Below, in pieces: positions 61,553 to 64,000 of a DNA stretch of 64,000 nucleotides. Origin of the DNA: Terriglobia bacterium (GTDB lineage: Bacteria; Acidobacteriota; Terriglobia; 2-12-FULL-54-10); contig CAXVYR010000004.1 of assembly GCA_963666975.2 (NCBI GenBank), positions 1,952,001 through 2,016,000 on the forward strand. The letters are read 5' to 3'. The translations under genes were made by a program, and so were the position numbers. Every line of letters begins with the position of its first letter. Position 1 is the stretch's first letter. The notes beneath the pieces were generated by a model. The model was not told where the DNA came from. It was given only the letters and a program-made list of their open reading frames with translations, and made no database searches.

Positions 61553-62866
61553 TTAGCCCATCTCTTTTAGCATAGACTCCGTAACCGCCACAAACCGTTG
61601 TATGGCGTCTGCACTTTCTTTTCTCTGGACACGGTCCGGGGAGTCGCCAGGGACTGCCAATGGACCAGGGACTGCCACGCCAGGCACCTTCAATGGATTA
61701 GATGCAGGAAAAGGAGACAAAGGAGCATTACCGGCACGACTCGGAGGGTTGAGCCGCTCGGCCACTTGACGGAACGCCAGCCGCATCCGGTCCCGCGCCG
61801 CAGGGTCCTCCAGCAGCTGCCGAACGTGCGACGCCACCAGTTCCGGCTGGAAGCGGTCTTGAATCAGCTCCGGAACGATTGGCTCGTCCGCCACCAGGTT
61901 GACCATGCTGTAAAAAGGGGTTTGAACCAGTTTTCGCCCCAGCCACCACGTAGCCGGAGTGACCCTGTAGACAACCACCATGGGCGTGCCCAACAGCGCG
62001 GTCTCAATGGTGGCTGTGCCGCTGGCGACCACTGCCACCGAGGCGTGGGCCACGGCATCGTAGGTGCAGTCTTCCACCACAACAATGGGCAACCCGGAAT
62101 TTTTCACGCGGGCCCGAAGCAAATCGCCCGCCACCGTGGCGGCTGCCGGGAGGACGAAGCAGTACTCCCCTTGTTGCGACAACTGTTGTGACACTTGTTG
62201 CGACACTTGTTGCAGCATGATCCGAGCCATCTCCAGCAAAGGCGGAAGATTCAGCGAAATTTCTCTATTGCGGCTGCCCGGCAATAGCGCAATCAGGAGC
62301 GGTCTTTCAGGAATGCCCCAGCGGCTCCTAAATTCCGAGGAAGTCATGGAGGGAGCCACGCGGCCTACCAGCGGATGCCCGACAAACTCCGCCGTGACAC
62401 CGGCCTTTTGAAAAAACTTCTCCTCAAAGGGAAAGATGCAGAGCAGGCGGTCAACAAACTCGCGCAGCAGGGCCAGGCGGCCTCGCCGCCACGCCCAAAC
62501 CTGCGGAGCGACGAAGTAGAGGACTGGAACGCCCGCCCGCTTTAATTGTTTCGCCAAGCGAAGGTTAAAGTCGGGGAAATCTATTAACACCGCCAGCGCC
62601 GGCCGCCGTTTTCGCAGGGTCCGGCGGAGGAGACGGAAGGCCTTCCAAACTCGCGGCAGACCGGGGAGCACCTCGGCCAGCCCGACCATCGTGATCTGTT
62701 GGGCTTCCACCAGAGTCTCGCATCCAGCGGCCTGCATCTTTGCGCCGCCGCAGCCAAAAAAATGCACCGCGCCCAGCCGCTCGCGCAGGGCTTGGATCAA
62801 CAACGCTCCATACAAATCTCCGGAAGCTTCCCCGGCGGAAATGAAGATGGGAATAGTGGATGCCAC
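61553..62866 (-). CDS. lpxB: Lipid-A-disaccharide synthase
   Basis: SAGEASGDLYGA, IDFPDFN, PQVWAWR, FVGHP, LLPGSR, SGTATIE. Confidence 0.95.
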   Translation of the reverse strand: MASTIPIFISAGEASGDLYGALLIQALRERLGAVHFFGCGGAKMQAAGCETLVEAQQITMVGLAEVLPGLPRVWKAFRLLRRTLRKRRPALAVLIDFPDFNLRLAKQLKRAGVPVLYFVAPQVWAWRRGRLALLREFVDRLLCIFPFEEKFFQKAGVTAEFVGHPLVGRVAPSMTSSEFRSRWGIPERPLLIALLPGSRNREISLNLPPLLEMARIMLQQVSQQVSQQLSQQGEYCFVLPAAATVAGDLLRARVKNSGLPIVVVEDCTYDAVAHASVAVVASGTATIETALLGTPMVVVYRVTPATWWLGRKLVQTPFYSMVNLVADEPIVPELIQDRFQPELVASHVRQLLEDPAARDRMRLAFRQVAERLNPPSRAGNAPLSPFPASNPLKVPGVAVPGPLAVPGDSPDRVQRKESADAIQRFVAVTESMLKEMG

Positions 62867-63127
62867 GGAATCCTGTCTGCCCGAAATCGTTCCCCTAATT
62901 ATAGGACTCTCTCACGGCCCTGACAACCGTCTCTGGCAAGCAGCGTCGGGGAAAGAAAACCCGTTCCGTTTTCCGCCGAAATGACATCATCTGGACGTGA
63001 TTGCCCGCAAGGAAATTCTCACCCAGCCGAGAGCCTCCCGATGCGCCGGCAACGGTCGAGCGAAAGGCAATCCCCAGCGGCCCAACGTGCGAGGGAATAA
63101 CCTGCGCAGGCATGGGTTGCATATCTC

Positions 63128-63165
63128 GGGCCTGTAGCTCAGAGGATAGAGCAGCGGTTTCCTAA
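63128..63165 (+). pseudogene. 5' half of tRNA-Arg(CCT)
   Basis: GGGCCTG-TA-GCTC-AGAGGATA-GAGC-A-GCGGT-TT-CCT-AA; no complementary anticodon-stem strand, T-arm or acceptor 3' strand follows. Confidence 0.75.
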
Positions 63166-63695
63166 TGCAATCCTGGCCGCCACTGGAACCTACTCAAGGC
63201 AACTAACCCCAAGAAAACATTCAAAATCGTCCAATCCATTTTGGCCTGAGTTGGGACCCTTCGGCAGGAGTATTCGGACAGAAGTCGGACAGCGGAGCGG
63301 GGGTGGTAACAGTTGTTCGCTCAAGAAAGACTTGTCCGGAAGGGGCATTACACGGCCGAAACAGTAGGCGACAAGGCAGGATCTATCCGGGAAAACGCGA
63401 CCAAACCCCCATTCAAATCTGGTGGTTGCAGCAGCAACCCGGCACCGCGGAGACGCAATTACTTTGCTGCCTAAATGCGTGTACGCAATGGCCACTTCGG
63501 TGCAGATAACCCCGTCGAGGAGAATGGACCGTGCTCGGAGGGCCCGACTGGAAAAAAATGGTGTATACTCGCCACTGCCGGGAGGCTATAATGGAAATCT
63601 CTGTCAATGGATTCTTTTTGCGTTCCTAGGGCTAGCTGTTGTCCTTCCGTTCGCAAATAAGATTTCCCTAGGCAATACCAAGGAGGATTCGTCTC

Positions 63696-64000
63696 GTGAA
63701 GGTTCACCTTATCAATCCGAGTGATGTGTCGTTTGGAATTGGCGTCATCACCCCTCGGTGGCTGTACGTGCTGGCAGCCGCCACGCCAGCTTCTTACGGC
63801 GACCCGATCATCACCGACGAGACTTTGGAATCTCTGGATCTCGACAGCATTCAGGCAGGCGACGTCGTCGGAATTGGCATCCATACCGCGAACGCTTATC
63901 GCGGCCTGGAAGTGGGCCGGCTTGCTCGCGAGCGCGGAGCGTGGATTGTTTTCGGCGGCATCCACGCGTCGCTGTATCCGGAGGAAGCGCGCGAGTTGGG
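63696..64000 (+). CDS. B12-binding radical SAM protein (partial, runs off window end)
   Basis: AGGAGG RBS and GTG; VHLINPSD..FG.GVITPRWLYVLAAATP...DVVGIGIHT...VFGGIHASLYPEE. Confidence 0.85.
   Translation, partial: MKVHLINPSDVSFGIGVITPRWLYVLAAATPASYGDPIITDETLESLDLDSIQAGDVVGIGIHTANAYRGLEVGRLARERGAWIVFGGIHASLYPEEAREL

Noticed and set aside
63128-64000. Group I intron in tRNA-Arg(CCT)
   Set aside because: No 3' exon or recognisable intron core before the radical SAM gene
1-64000. CRISPR array, rRNA or intact tRNA (including selC)
   Set aside because: No regularly spaced repeat-spacer array, cas gene or complete structural RNA was recognised by eye

Overview
GC-rich bacterial chromosome segment, probably Acidobacteriota (inferred from an acidobacterial-type VWA protein, an M1-peptidase/TPR protein, lpxB and a candidate GTTC-N7-GTTC-type LexA box). 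Housekeeping genes (rsmA end, purE, purD, pfkA, infA, recJ, thiolase, lexA, crcB, cobA/hemD, lpxB) alternate with accessory DNA. The accessory DNA includes a decaying aromatic-catabolism cluster (solute-binding protein, UbiD, amidohydrolase, LigB-like, two RraA/HMG aldolases), IS256, IS3, IS481-like and IS1182 elements or remnants, a Fic/Doc toxin with an uncalled antitoxin, and a PhnCDE-type ABC transporter resembling the putative selenate clade. Main finding: two diverged paralogs of a 12-bladed beta-propeller gene (27162-29237 minus; 51473-53036 plus) both carry an in-frame TGA at the same codon (VPN-TGA-VAHPQIA), inside one blade. In both, a 9-bp hairpin with a GG-initiated loop starts 22 nt later, and its base pairs co-vary between the copies. 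This matches a selenocysteine codon plus bacterial SECIS in a protein family I do not recognise as a known selenoprotein. No selA/selB/selC/selD genes are in this window. Many genes carry short indels or nonsense codons, so genome decay or assembly error must be considered for any single-copy lesion.
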